NCBI GenBank assembly: GCA_902632445.1
Contig: CACPCL010000004.1
Location: 3,835 to 67,834, forward strand
DNA from: an uncultured Pelagibacteraceae bacterium
GTDB lineage: Bacteria > Pseudomonadota > Alphaproteobacteria > Pelagibacterales > Pelagibacteraceae
Reading direction: 5' to 3'
Length of the DNA stretch: 64,000 nucleotides
Shown here: piece by piece, positions 9,347-19,896 of the stretch
Position numbering within the stretch: the stretch's first letter is position 1
Layout: every line of letters starts with the position of its first letter
Notes under the pieces: generated by a model
Seen by the model: the letters and a program-made list of their open reading frames with translations, nothing else
Told to the model about the DNA's origin: nothing
The model's database searches: none
Translations under genes and position numbers: made by a program

Positions 9347-10774
9347 GTGGAAGAAATTAGACCTGTTCAAAAAAAAATAGATAACAAACAACCTTCGAAC
9401 ATTGAAGCTGAGCAAGCTTTATTAGGCTCGGTTCTTGTAAACAATGATATTATCGATGAAATATCTACCATTATAAATCCATCAATATTTTATGATCCTG
9501 CCCATATAAAAATTTATGAAGTAATAGAAAGTCTCAATAATAAAGGAATGATTGCAAATCCAATAACTTTAAAAAATTTTTTTGAGAAGGACAATATGTT
9601 AAGTGAAGTTGGTGGCACTGAATATTTAGTAAAATTAACTAGATTCTCAAGCTCGTCAAAGCAGGCTATTGATTATGCAAAAATCATTCATGAGATGTAT
9701 TTAAGAAGACAGTTAGTTTTAATATCGGATAAGTTATCGAGTGATACGATTAATGCAAACACTCAAGAGGAAAATGCAGAAAGTATAATTGAAAATACAG
9801 AAAAATCTTTATTTGATTTGGCTGAAAGAGGAAGTTTTTCTCAATCTTTTTTGAAATTTAATCAAGCATTAGATCAAACAATTGAAATGGCAACATTAGC
9901 TATGCAGAATGATCAAGGTATAGTTGGTATACCTACAGGGCTAACTGATTTAGATGAAAAGCTTGGCGGTTTACATAAATCGGATTTAATTATTTTAGCT
10001 GGAAGACCTTCTATGGGTAAAACGGCTTTAGCTACAAATATTGCTTACAATGCCTCACAACATATTTTAAAACGTCAAGAAAAATCTTCAGTAGCTTTTT
10101 TTTCATTGGAAATGTCTTCTGAACAGCTTTCAACTAGAATTTTATCTGAACAGGCAAAAATAAGGTCCGATGATATAAGGAGGGGAAAAGTTACAGAAGA
10201 AGAAATTAATCGATATATTGAAACATCAAGAAATATTTATAATCTTCCTTTATATATTGATGAAACTCCCGCTATTACAATAGCAACTCTAAGTAATCGA
10301 GCAAGGAGAATTAAAAGATTATTTGGTCTTAGTTTAATTGTAGTTGACTATATTCAGTTAATGAGATCTAGCTTAAGTAAAAATGAGGGACGTGTGCAAG
10401 AAATTTCTGAAATAACACAAGGTCTTAAAGCATTAGCAAAAGAACTCTCGGTACCAGTTTTAGCCTTATCACAGCTTTCAAGAGCAGTAGAACAAAGAGA
10501 TGATAAACAGCCTCAATTAGCTGATCTAAGAGAGTCTGGTTCTATTGAGCAAGATGCTGATGTTGTTATGTTTGTTTATAGAGAGGCCTATTATCTGGAA
10601 CGAAAACAACCTAAATTAGGTTCGATTGAGCATGCCGAGTGGCAATCAAAAATGAATGATGTTAACGGACTCGCGGATATAATTTTAGGCAAACAAAGAC
10701 ATGGTCCAACTGGAACTATTAAAGTTGAGTTTGAGGGAATTTACACAAAATTTAAAGATTTAAGCAAAAATTAG
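9347..10774 (+). CDS. dnaB: Replicative DNA helicase (GTG start)
   Basis: 'NIEAEQALLG', Walker A 'AGRPSMGKT', 'SLEMS', 'VDYIQL', 'DLRESGSIEQDAD', 'KQRHGPTG'. No intein. Confidence 0.98.
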   Translation: MEEIRPVQKKIDNKQPSNIEAEQALLGSVLVNNDIIDEISTIINPSIFYDPAHIKIYEVIESLNNKGMIANPITLKNFFEKDNMLSEVGGTEYLVKLTRFSSSSKQAIDYAKIIHEMYLRRQLVLISDKLSSDTINANTQEENAESIIENTEKSLFDLAERGSFSQSFLKFNQALDQTIEMATLAMQNDQGIVGIPTGLTDLDEKLGGLHKSDLIILAGRPSMGKTALATNIAYNASQHILKRQEKSSVAFFSLEMSSEQLSTRILSEQAKIRSDDIRRGKVTEEEINRYIETSRNIYNLPLYIDETPAITIATLSNRARRIKRLFGLSLIVVDYIQLMRSSLSKNEGRVQEISEITQGLKALAKELSVPVLALSQLSRAVEQRDDKQPQLADLRESGSIEQDADVVMFVYREAYYLERKQPKLGSIEHAEWQSKMNDVNGLADIILGKQRHGPTGTIKVEFEGIYTKFKDLSKN

Positions 10775-10827
10775 CACTAAATTTTTCTTTAGTTATAATA
10801 AAATTAAGATATATCTGAAATATCTCA

Positions 10828-13290
10828 ATGTGGTCGTATATTTATAAAAAAATAGTTATAGATTTTCCAAAGTTTACACTTTTGTTGTTGTCAGTAATTG
10901 TCGTTTTTTCCTTATATCAAGCTAAAAATTTTAATTTAGATGCTTCATCTGATGCTCTACTTCTAGAGGGTGACAAAGACTTAAAATATTTGAGAGAAAT
11001 AAACGAAAGATATGGTTCAAAAGATTTTTTAGTTCTAACTTACGCTCCAATTTCAAGTTTTACTGAAAAAGAGACAATTCTTAATTTACAATTATTAAAA
11101 TCGAAAATAGAAAAATTAACATGGGTGGATAGCGTGATAACTATCATAGACGTCCCTCTTTTAAAAAGTACAGACGAAGGATTAATGGATAGATTGAAAA
11201 ATTACAAAACTTTAGCTTATCCTGAAATTGACAGAAAAAGAGGTTTTGAGGAAATTGTAAATAGTCCAATTTATAAAAATTATGTAATTAGTGAGGATGG
11301 AAAGACTTCGGGAATAGTCGTTTATCTTAAAAAAGATGAGAGATTAACAGAATTTATTAAGGTAAAAGATAAGTATTATAATCAATCAAAAGATATAGGT
11401 TTAACTAGTGACGAGAAAAAAAATTATAAGAAATTTTTAAAGGAATATGAGGATTATAAAAACTTATATAATAAAAGAAATCATCAAAACATTTCAGAAA
11501 TAAGAGACGTAATAAATAAATACGGTGAGAACGCAAAAATTCACTTAGGAGGAATCCCAATGATTGCTGACGATATGATGAGTTTTATAAAAAGCGATAT
11601 TATAGTTTTTGGAATAGGAGTTTTTATTTTTATAATTTTAACGCTATGGTTTATTTTTAGGAATCTAAAATGGGTAATTATGCCTTTATTAGGATGCGCT
11701 ACCTCAGTAATAATTATGATTGGTTTACTAGGTTTAATCGGATGGAAAGTAACCGTGATTTCCTCAAATTTTATTGCATTAATGCTTATTTTAAATATGG
11801 CAATGAATATTCACGTTACTGTAAGATTTTTACAATTAAAAAAAGAGTATCCTAATTTATCAAAGAATGAGGTTGTGCTAAAGGCAAGTAAAAAAATGAT
11901 GTTACCTATTCTTTATACTGTCTTAACAACTATTTGTGCATTTTTATCATTAATCTTTAGCGGTATTAAACCTATTATTGATTTTGGTTGGATGATGACT
12001 TTGGGATTAGTTGTCTCTTTATCTATTACTTTTCTTCTTTTACCATCATTGTTAAATATTTTTTCCTCTGAAAATGAAATTAATGTAAAAGACACTGAAA
12101 AATCATTTATCACTTCAATGCTTGGGTGGGTTGCAAAAAAAGCAGGAGTTTTAATTTTTAGTATTACTTCAATAATTGTAATAGCAAGTATTTTAGGAAT
12201 AACAAAGCTTGAAGTAGAAAATAGTTTTATCAATTATTTTGACGAAGAAACAGAAATTTACAAAGGTATGAAAAAAATTGATGATGATCTAGGTGGAACA
12301 ACTCCTCTTAATATAATTTTGAAATTTCCTACTAAAAAAATTGAGAAGTCAGATGATGAATTTTCAGAGTGGGATGAAGATACTGAAAGTAATGAAGAAA
12401 AATCTAAATATTGGTTTACAAGAGATAAGATGGATAAAATTTTGAAAGTTCATGATTATTTAGAGTCTTTACCAGAAATAGGAAAAGTATTATCTTTTGG
12501 ATCAATTTTAAGAGTAGCTGAAGATTTAAATAAAAAGGAATTGCAAAGTTTAGAAATTGCAGTTTTATACAGCAAAATACCTGAAGAAATTAAGAAAGAA
12601 ATAATTTCTCCTTATATTTCTGTTGATAAAGACGAAGCTAGAGTCTCAGTGAGAGTAAAGGACTCTTTGGAAAATTTAAGAAGAAATGATTTGATAAAGA
12701 AAATTAACCTTGAACTTAATACTAAATTAGGGCTTGACGAAAAAGAATATAAATTAACTGGTGTATTGATCTTATTTAACAATTTATTACAAAGTTTATT
12801 TAAATCTCAAATTTTAACGCTTGGAATAGTAATTTTAGGGATTTTTGCGATGTTTTTAGTTTTATTTAGAAATGTTACTTTATCTTTAATTGGTATAGTT
12901 CCAAATTTTATTGCTGCTTTTTTTATTTTAGGAATATTTGGTTTAGTGAGTATTCCTCTGGATATGATGACAATCACAATTGCTGCGATAACAATAGGAA
13001 TAGCAGTTGATAATAGCATACATTATATTTATAGATTTAAGGAGGAATTTCAAAAGTTTAAAAACTATAATAAAACATTAGATCGGTGCCATAGTACAGT
13101 TGGAATAGCAATATTAAATACCTCTATAACAATTGTTTTTGGTTTTTCAATACTAGTTCTATCAAATTTTATCCCAACTATATATTTTGGTATTTTCACT
13201 GGTATTGCAATGTTATTAGCTATGATTTCTGTGCTGACTCTACTTCCGAAATTAATACTTATTTATAAACCTTTTGGCTCAGAAAACTAG
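10828..13290 (+). CDS. MMPL/RND-superfamily membrane transporter
   Basis: 820 aa with two repeats of TM + large periplasmic loop + TM bundle; 'ITIGIAVDNSIHY', 'LGGTTPL', 'LTLLP'. Confidence 0.85.
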   Translation: MWSYIYKKIVIDFPKFTLLLLSVIVVFSLYQAKNFNLDASSDALLLEGDKDLKYLREINERYGSKDFLVLTYAPISSFTEKETILNLQLLKSKIEKLTWVDSVITIIDVPLLKSTDEGLMDRLKNYKTLAYPEIDRKRGFEEIVNSPIYKNYVISEDGKTSGIVVYLKKDERLTEFIKVKDKYYNQSKDIGLTSDEKKNYKKFLKEYEDYKNLYNKRNHQNISEIRDVINKYGENAKIHLGGIPMIADDMMSFIKSDIIVFGIGVFIFIILTLWFIFRNLKWVIMPLLGCATSVIIMIGLLGLIGWKVTVISSNFIALMLILNMAMNIHVTVRFLQLKKEYPNLSKNEVVLKASKKMMLPILYTVLTTICAFLSLIFSGIKPIIDFGWMMTLGLVVSLSITFLLLPSLLNIFSSENEINVKDTEKSFITSMLGWVAKKAGVLIFSITSIIVIASILGITKLEVENSFINYFDEETEIYKGMKKIDDDLGGTTPLNIILKFPTKKIEKSDDEFSEWDEDTESNEEKSKYWFTRDKMDKILKVHDYLESLPEIGKVLSFGSILRVAEDLNKKELQSLEIAVLYSKIPEEIKKEIISPYISVDKDEARVSVRVKDSLENLRRNDLIKKINLELNTKLGLDEKEYKLTGVLILFNNLLQSLFKSQILTLGIVILGIFAMFLVLFRNVTLSLIGIVPNFIAAFFILGIFGLVSIPLDMMTITIAAITIGIAVDNSIHYIYRFKEEFQKFKNYNKTLDRCHSTVGIAILNTSITIVFGFSILVLSNFIPTIYFGIFTGIAMLLAMISVLTLLPKLILIYKPFGSEN

Positions 13291-13291
13291 A

Positions 13292-13843
13292 ATGATGGCC
13301 GGTAATTTTTTTCAAAATCTAATAGACAATCTTAATTTATTCGATGGTATTGTATTATTTATTTTTATTTACTGTATAATTCAATGTTTTTTAAAAGGTT
13401 TTTCTTTAAGTTTAATTTCTTTCATGAAGTGGGTCCTTTCAACAGTTGTAACTATAATTTTAGTTCCAAAACTTCAACCTACAGTAAGTGACTATATAGA
13501 ATCTGAATTTATAAATAATATTGGGTTGGGTGTTACAATTTTCGTTTTCACATTATTTTTGACAATTGTTATAGGCAAAGCTTTGAGTAGAGCGGTAACT
13601 TGGACAGGTGTTGGTTCTATTGACAAGATATTTGGGCTTTTATTTGGAGTTTTTAAGGGTTATGTAGTATCAGTGTGTATATTTTCTATATTAAATTGGT
13701 TTTATCCTTACAAAAATTGGGGTATATCGGCTGAGGGTGCGCTTTCTTTTAACTTAATTAACAAAGGTAGTGAAATACTAATTGAAGAATTTCCCTCTAG
13801 TGAAGACTTAATTGATACGAAAGAAAAAATTGAAAAAATCTGA
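13292..13843 (+). CDS. cvpA: CvpA family membrane protein (start moved to ATG 13292)
   Basis: Four TM segments, 'IDKIFGLLFGVFKG', directly upstream of purF. Confidence 0.9.
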   Translation: MMAGNFFQNLIDNLNLFDGIVLFIFIYCIIQCFLKGFSLSLISFMKWVLSTVVTIILVPKLQPTVSDYIESEFINNIGLGVTIFVFTLFLTIVIGKALSRAVTWTGVGSIDKIFGLLFGVFKGYVVSVCIFSILNWFYPYKNWGISAEGALSFNLINKGSEILIEEFPSSEDLIDTKEKIEKI

Positions 13844-15281
13844 TTTAGATAAACTAAAAGAAGAATGTGGTATCTTTGGAATATCAAATCATAATGATGC
13901 ATCAGCTTTGGTCGCTTTAGGACTGCATGCATTGCAACATCGAGGTCAAGAGGGTTGTGGTATAGTATCTTTTGATGGAAAAAATTATCACTCAGAAAAA
14001 AGACAAGGCCTTATAGGTGACCATTTTACTGACCCTGAAACTCTTAAAAAATTACCAGGATATTTTGCTATAGGGCACAATAGGTATTCAACAACTGGGG
14101 AGACTTCTTTAAGAAATATTCAACCATTTTTTGCTGACTTACACATGGGTGGTTTGAGTGTTGCTCATAATGGTAATCTTACTAATGCATTATTACTTAG
14201 AGAAACATTAGTAAAAGAAGGTGCAATATTTCGGACTACAAGTGATACCGAAACAATTGTGCAGCTTATTGCTAAATCTAAAAGAGAAAAATTTAAAGAT
14301 AAATTGATTGATGCACTTTTTCAAATTCAGGGGGGATTTTCTCTCGTAATGATGACTAATAAAAAACTTGTGGGAGTAAGGGATCCTTTTGGTATTAGGC
14401 CTTTAGTAATTGGGAAGTTAAAAAGTTCATATATATTTGCTTCAGAAACTTGTGCTTTAGATATTGTAGGTGCATCTTTTATTCGTGAGGTAGATAATGG
14501 AGAAATTGTAATTATTGAAAATAATAAACTTAAAAGTATAAAACCTTTCCCGAAACAAAAATCTCGACCATGCATTTTTGAATATATATATTTCGCAAGA
14601 CCAGACAGTTTAATAAATGGTAAATGTGCTTATGAATATAGAAAAAGTCTCGGCGCAGAACTTGCCAAAGAAACTGATATTAAAGCTGATTTAGTAGTTC
14701 CTGTTCCTGACTCGGGTGTTGCGGCTGCGTTAGGATATGCTGAAAAATCGAACAAAAAATTTGAATTAGGCTTAATTAGAAATCATTATGTAGGTAGAAC
14801 TTTTATTGAACCCACACAAAACATCAGGAGCTTGGGTGTAAAATTAAAATTAAACTCAACAAAAACAATGGTCAAAAACAAATCAATTATATTAATAGAT
14901 GACTCTTTGGTTAGAGGCACTACGTGTCATAAGATAGTAAAAATGCTATATGAGGCTGAAGCTAAGGAAGTTCATGTAAGAATAGCGTGTCCTGAGATAA
15001 AATTTCCTGATTTTTATGGTGTTGACATGCCAACAAACGAGGAATTATTGGCTTACAATAAAAATAATAAAGAAATGTGTGAGTATATTAATGCTAACAG
15101 TTTGAAATTTCTTAGTTTAGATGGTTTATATAAAGCTTTAACTGGCGAAAAGAGAAATAATAGCTATCCACAATTTAGTGATCATTACTTTACTGGAGAT
15201 TACCCTATACGACCATCAGATAATTTAGAAGGTTTACAAGTTAAACAATTATCTTTGCTGAGTGGAAAATCAAACAATTAA
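13830..15281 (+). CDS. purF: Amidophosphoribosyltransferase (probable TTG start 13830; short propeptide before the catalytic Cys)
   Basis: 'EECGIFG', 'LQHRGQE', 'GHNRYST', 'HNGNL', PRPP motif 'LIDDSLVRGTT'. Start position is uncertain (ORF track gives 13812). Confidence 0.96.
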   Translation: MKKSDLDKLKEECGIFGISNHNDASALVALGLHALQHRGQEGCGIVSFDGKNYHSEKRQGLIGDHFTDPETLKKLPGYFAIGHNRYSTTGETSLRNIQPFFADLHMGGLSVAHNGNLTNALLLRETLVKEGAIFRTTSDTETIVQLIAKSKREKFKDKLIDALFQIQGGFSLVMMTNKKLVGVRDPFGIRPLVIGKLKSSYIFASETCALDIVGASFIREVDNGEIVIIENNKLKSIKPFPKQKSRPCIFEYIYFARPDSLINGKCAYEYRKSLGAELAKETDIKADLVVPVPDSGVAAALGYAEKSNKKFELGLIRNHYVGRTFIEPTQNIRSLGVKLKLNSTKTMVKNKSIILIDDSLVRGTTCHKIVKMLYEAEAKEVHVRIACPEIKFPDFYGVDMPTNEELLAYNKNNKEMCEYINANSLKFLSLDGLYKALTGEKRNNSYPQFSDHYFTGDYPIRPSDNLEGLQVKQLSLLSGKSNN

Positions 15282-16609
15282 TTAAGAATATTTAATCGTT
15301 TTTTACGATCTAGAAAGAACAAGGAACCGTTTATCAAAATTGGATCACTATTTAATTTTGAAGGTATTTTTTTAATTGTTTCAATATCTCCATTTAAATC
15401 CATTTTTAAATAATAGGAGTTATTTAAAAATACGTAAATTTTACTATTTGCCATTATTAAACTTCTAAATTTTGCCTTCTTTTTTTTTGAATTAAGAAAT
15501 TCACTTATCATGCTATTTAGGTCGTATGAGTAAATAATTTTTCCATCAATGAGATCCATCGCAATAATCAAATCATTATTAGTAATTAAAAAAATATAAT
15601 CGTTTACTACTAATGGTTTAATTGATGAAAAAAAATTTTTTTTAAAAATTATTGATCCATTATTTTCATTAATTATATATAGTTGATTTCTTGATGAAAT
15701 TACTAATTTGTCTTTATAGCTTATTATTTGATTTCCAAAAAATAAGTTACTTGGATTAATATCTAAAGACTGATTTAAATTTGAAAACCACTTAATTTTC
15801 ATTTTACTTTTATCAATAGAGTATAAAGAGCCATAAGTGTTTAAAAAAAATAGATTTCGAGAATTTAGAGCTAAGTTATTGATAAATTCATTTTTTACTG
15901 GCGTGTCTTCAGTTGGAATCAAAGTGATTACTTCTCCGTCAAATTTATTAAAAAAATACAAATTGTTATTTTGATTTGCTGCGATTAAGTTATTCTTTGA
16001 TATTTTTAGGTTTGAACGAAAAGGAACTTTGTAGTTTTTTGCCCAAATTACCTTATTATTATCGATATTGTAGGCATACAAAAATCCAATATTATCAGAA
16101 ACATAGACAATGCTATTTTCTAAAATTATGTTCAAAGATATATTTATTTTTTTAAGCTTTTTTCTATAAAAATTGAATTTATTAACTATTCTATTTTCAG
16201 TAATAGAATAAACAATGATATTTCCTTTAAGATCTGTGATAATCGCTTTGTCATTTTTGAATAATATTTTATCATTAATTTTATATTTTGAAATTTTTTT
16301 ACCCTTTAAAAAAGTTTGGTTAAGTTCATTATATTCAAAATTTTCAAAATTATTTGTGTTTTTATAAAATATATCACTCCATTCAGAATTTTTTGATACT
16401 GTAAAATCTCTAAATTTGAAATTTTTTCTTATTTTAATTATTTCCTTAAAATAATCATTTGAAGAAGATAATGTTTTAAATTCGCTAAAAATGTCATTTT
16501 CATTATTGTCAAATACTACATTTTCATTTTTCCAAATTCCAGATTTTTGGTCAAATGAACAGTTTTGACAAAATATTAAGATAATTAAGATAGAAAAAAT
16601 TTTCTTCAT
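15278..16609 (-). CDS. BamB-like PQQ beta-propeller lipoprotein
   Basis: Lipoprotein-type signal ('IFCQNC'), propeller repeats such as 'GFLYAYNIDNNKVIWAK'; downstream of a YfgM-like gene. Confidence 0.7.
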   Translation of the reverse strand: MKKIFSILIILIFCQNCSFDQKSGIWKNENVVFDNNENDIFSEFKTLSSSNDYFKEIIKIRKNFKFRDFTVSKNSEWSDIFYKNTNNFENFEYNELNQTFLKGKKISKYKINDKILFKNDKAIITDLKGNIIVYSITENRIVNKFNFYRKKLKKINISLNIILENSIVYVSDNIGFLYAYNIDNNKVIWAKNYKVPFRSNLKISKNNLIAANQNNNLYFFNKFDGEVITLIPTEDTPVKNEFINNLALNSRNLFFLNTYGSLYSIDKSKMKIKWFSNLNQSLDINPSNLFFGNQIISYKDKLVISSRNQLYIINENNGSIIFKKNFFSSIKPLVVNDYIFLITNNDLIIAMDLIDGKIIYSYDLNSMISEFLNSKKKKAKFRSLIMANSKIYVFLNNSYYLKMDLNGDIETIKKIPSKLNSDPILINGSLFFLDRKKRLNILN

Positions 16610-16625
16610 CTTTTTTAATAATTCA

Positions 16626-17135
16626 TTATTTGCCTAATACTTCTCTTGCTAAATAATCTATATTTGAACCTGAACTTAAAAGGTTTTCTAATATTTTGTT
16701 TGCCTCTTTGGGGCTATCTAATTTTAATAAATATAAAGCTTTTTTAAATTTTATTAAGTCTTTTTGCTCTTTCGTATAATTTATATTTTCCAATAAATAA
16801 AAATAATTTAAGATTTTTTCTTTGTTGTTTTCAAGATCTTTTTCTAAAATTGTATTTAAAGCTAAAATTGAATAAAATTTATTTTTGCTATACAATATTT
16901 CCTCATAAATTCTTTTTGACTTTTCTTTTTCATCTGAATTAAAATAAATACCAGCAGTAATATATTTCTCTGCGATTTTGCTATTCTGTTTAAACTTATA
17001 AGTTTGAAATCCTACGATTGAGGATGCTGAAACTATTAAGAGTAGTAAAATGAATAAAGATTTTTTTTTATTTTTTTTTAAAAAATAAATTACTCTATCT
17101 TTTGTATCTATTTTATTTTCAGAATTATCTTCCAT
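16626..17135 (-). CDS. YfgM-like single-TM TPR protein (DUF2659-like)
   Basis: N-terminal TM followed by helical repeats, 'FYSILA'; usual position between panB and bamB. Confidence 0.55.
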   Translation of the reverse strand: MEDNSENKIDTKDRVIYFLKKNKKKSLFILLLLIVSASSIVGFQTYKFKQNSKIAEKYITAGIYFNSDEKEKSKRIYEEILYSKNKFYSILALNTILEKDLENNKEKILNYFYLLENINYTKEQKDLIKFKKALYLLKLDSPKEANKILENLLSSGSNIDYLAREVLGK

Positions 17136-17907
17136 TTAAAAAGTATTTTGTATCGGGAAACTTTTTTAACTTAACATCTGTAGTATATTTTTTTACAGCT
17201 TTTTCAATTAATCTGGTTAAATTGAGGTATTTTTTTACAAATTTTGGATAAAAACCACTTAAACCAATCATGTCGTCTGTAACAAGAATTTGACCGTCAC
17301 AATATTTTGAGGAACCGATACCGATAGTTGGAATCTTAAGTTTCTTTGTAATAGCTTTTGAGGATTGAGGAGTAATACATTCAAGCACTATAGAAAAAGC
17401 TCCAGCTTTTTCGATTGATATAGCCTCTTTAATCAACTGCTTTGTTTTTGCTGATGTATCTCCCTGAATTTTAAATTTTTTTTTGAATTGTGGAGTAAAA
17501 CCGATATGGCCCATAACTGGTATTTTTGAGTCAACTAATTTTTTTATGATAAAATAATTTTTTTTATTACTCTCTATTTTGACTGCATCGCATCTTGTTT
17601 GGCTCATAATTAATTTTGCATTTTTCAAAGCCTTACTTGAACTAATATAAGAATTTTTTGGCATATCTACAACCATTAATGACTTTTTAATACCTCTTTT
17701 TACACTAGCTGCATGTAGTATCATATTTCTTAAAGTTATTTGATGAGTGTTTTTAAAACCATATAAAACGTTTGCTAAAGAGTCTCCTACTAAAACAATA
17801 TCACAATATTTATCTAAAATTTTAGCAATATTTTTGGAGTAAGCAGTTAAACTAACAATTTTGGACTTGTTTTTTTTTTTAATAATTTTTTTTATTTTTT
17901 TATTCAT
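17125..17907 (-). CDS. panB: 3-methyl-2-oxobutanoate hydroxymethyltransferase
   Basis: 'LTAY', 'LVGDSL', 'VVDMP', 'AVKIE', 'MGHIGFTPQ', 'PTIGIG', 'DGQILV'. Confidence 0.96.
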   Translation of the reverse strand: MNKKIKKIIKKKNKSKIVSLTAYSKNIAKILDKYCDIVLVGDSLANVLYGFKNTHQITLRNMILHAASVKRGIKKSLMVVDMPKNSYISSSKALKNAKLIMSQTRCDAVKIESNKKNYFIIKKLVDSKIPVMGHIGFTPQFKKKFKIQGDTSAKTKQLIKEAISIEKAGAFSIVLECITPQSSKAITKKLKIPTIGIGSSKYCDGQILVTDDMIGLSGFYPKFVKKYLNLTRLIEKAVKKYTTDVKLKKFPDTKYFLNGR

Positions 17908-17913
17908 TTTGGA

Positions 17914-19473
17914 TTATTCTAATTCAATAGTGCTAGGTGGTTTTGATGTAATATCATACACAACTCTATTTATTCCTTTTACTTTATTTATAATTTTGTT
18001 TGAAATTTTATCTAAAAAACTTTTTGGAAAATTAAAATAATCTGCAGTCATACCATCTTCTGAAGTTACAGCCCTTATTAAACAAGTATATTCATATGTT
18101 CTTGAGTCTCCCATTACCCCTACTGTTTTTACTGGGAGTAAAGCTGCATAAGCTTGCCAGATCTTATCATAAAGATTGTTTTTAATTAATTCAGTAATAT
18201 AAATATGATCGGCTTCTTGAAGAATTCTTATTTTTTCGGGAGTTATTTTCCCAATTATTCTAATTGCTAAGCCTGGGCCAGGAAAAGGATGTCTTCGGCT
18301 TATAACATGAGCTAAACCCAAAGATTTCCCTAAAATTCTTACTTCGTCTTTGAAAAAATCCCTTAACGGTTCAATTAATTTTAAGTTCATTTTTTTTGGG
18401 AGCCCACCAACATTATGATGGGATTTAATTTTAGATGATTTACTTCCTGTTGAAGATCTACTTTCGATAATATCTGGATAAAGAGTTCCTTGTGCAAGAT
18501 ATTTTACTTTACTAATTTTTTTTGATTCTTTTTCAAATATTTTAATAAACAATTTTCCAATTATTTTTCTTTTTATTTCAGGGTTAGTTTTATTTTTTAA
18601 ACTTTTTAAAAAAATCTTTGAAGCATCAATGAGTTTTACATTTAAATTATGCTTAATTTTGAACAGATTATAAGTATATTTAAATTCATCTTTTCTCATT
18701 AAACCTGTATCTACCATAATACATACCAAATTTCTTTTTATAGCTTTATTTACTAGTAAAGCAACTACGCTACTATCAACACCGCCTGACAACGCACATA
18801 TTACCTTATCTCTTTTGACTATCTTTTTTATTTCTTCTATTAACATTTTTTTCTGTGAGATAATATTCCATGATTTATTTGCCTTACAAATCGAAAATAT
18901 AAAATTTTTAAATATCTGATTACCGTTATCCGTATGAGTAACTTCCGGGTGAAATTGAACACCATAAATTTTTTTTTTTTTATTTTCAATAATAGTTAGT
19001 TTTGAGTCTTTTGTTGATGCTATAATTTTGAAATTTTTTGGAAGTTTAACTACTGCATCTTCATGACTCATCCATACAGACTTATTTTTTTTAAAAAAAT
19101 TTTTTGTCAAAAGTGATTTTTTCTTTTCAAAAATAAATGCTCTTCCAAATTCTCTTTTTCTTTTTGCAGATTTTATTCCTCCACCGAAAATTTTCGCAAT
19201 TAATTGTAAACCATAACAAATTCCCAAAATTGGTATTTCTTTCATTAAAATTTTTTTAGGGATAGATGGAAATTTTTTGTTTGTAACTGTGGATGGTCCG
19301 CCGGATAGTATTATGCCTTTTATATGTTTGTAGCTTTGTAAACTTAAATTTTCTTTAGGGGTAATAATCTCAGTGTAAACCCCTAAGTCTCTAATACGCC
19401 TTGCAATTAATTTAGTGACTTGAGAACCAAAATCAATAATTAATATTTTATCCTTATTATTTTGGAATTGCAT
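17914..19473 (-). CDS. guaA: GMP synthase (glutamine-hydrolysing)
   Basis: 'DFGSQ', 'GICYG', 'QFHPEV', 'SGGVDS', 'IKSHHNVGG', 'KPPSTIE'. Confidence 0.98.
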   Translation of the reverse strand: MQFQNNKDKILIIDFGSQVTKLIARRIRDLGVYTEIITPKENLSLQSYKHIKGIILSGGPSTVTNKKFPSIPKKILMKEIPILGICYGLQLIAKIFGGGIKSAKRKREFGRAFIFEKKKSLLTKNFFKKNKSVWMSHEDAVVKLPKNFKIIASTKDSKLTIIENKKKKIYGVQFHPEVTHTDNGNQIFKNFIFSICKANKSWNIISQKKMLIEEIKKIVKRDKVICALSGGVDSSVVALLVNKAIKRNLVCIMVDTGLMRKDEFKYTYNLFKIKHNLNVKLIDASKIFLKSLKNKTNPEIKRKIIGKLFIKIFEKESKKISKVKYLAQGTLYPDIIESRSSTGSKSSKIKSHHNVGGLPKKMNLKLIEPLRDFFKDEVRILGKSLGLAHVISRRHPFPGPGLAIRIIGKITPEKIRILQEADHIYITELIKNNLYDKIWQAYAALLPVKTVGVMGDSRTYEYTCLIRAVTSEDGMTADYFNFPKSFLDKISNKIINKVKGINRVVYDITSKPPSTIELE

Positions 19474-19896
19474 TTATTTTTTAGATAAATTCTCAATTTC
19501 AATCTTTAGTTTTTTACTTTTAATACAAAACTTATTACATAAATTTGATAACCTATCATTTAACTCTTTACTCTTTTTATAATCTGATTCATTTAATTTT
19601 AATTTCGCCAAGTTATAAATAGCTTCCTCATTCGTTGGGTTAAGCAGAATAACAGTCTTTAAATTTTGTTCTTCTAATTCCTTTTTTTCTAAATTTTTAA
19701 AAATTTTTGATAAATATAGATATGACATCTCACTTTTTGGATTATAAACAATGTCTTGCTCAAACTTAAATTTTGCTTCGTAAAATTTATTATTATTATA
19801 AAGATTTACTCCTTCCTCAAAATATTGATTATTTGCTAATAAGAAGGTTGGAAAAAAAATTGCAAAGACAATTATTTTGAATATTCTTTTACTCAT
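19474..19896 (-). CDS. Exported tetratricopeptide-repeat protein
   Basis: Signal peptide, then TPR-like helices ('YLYLSKIF', 'LNPTNEEAIYNLAKL') and a Cys pair near the C-terminus. Confidence 0.7.
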   Translation of the reverse strand: MSKRIFKIIVFAIFFPTFLLANNQYFEEGVNLYNNNKFYEAKFKFEQDIVYNPKSEMSYLYLSKIFKNLEKKELEEQNLKTVILLNPTNEEAIYNLAKLKLNESDYKKSKELNDRLSNLCNKFCIKSKKLKIEIENLSKK

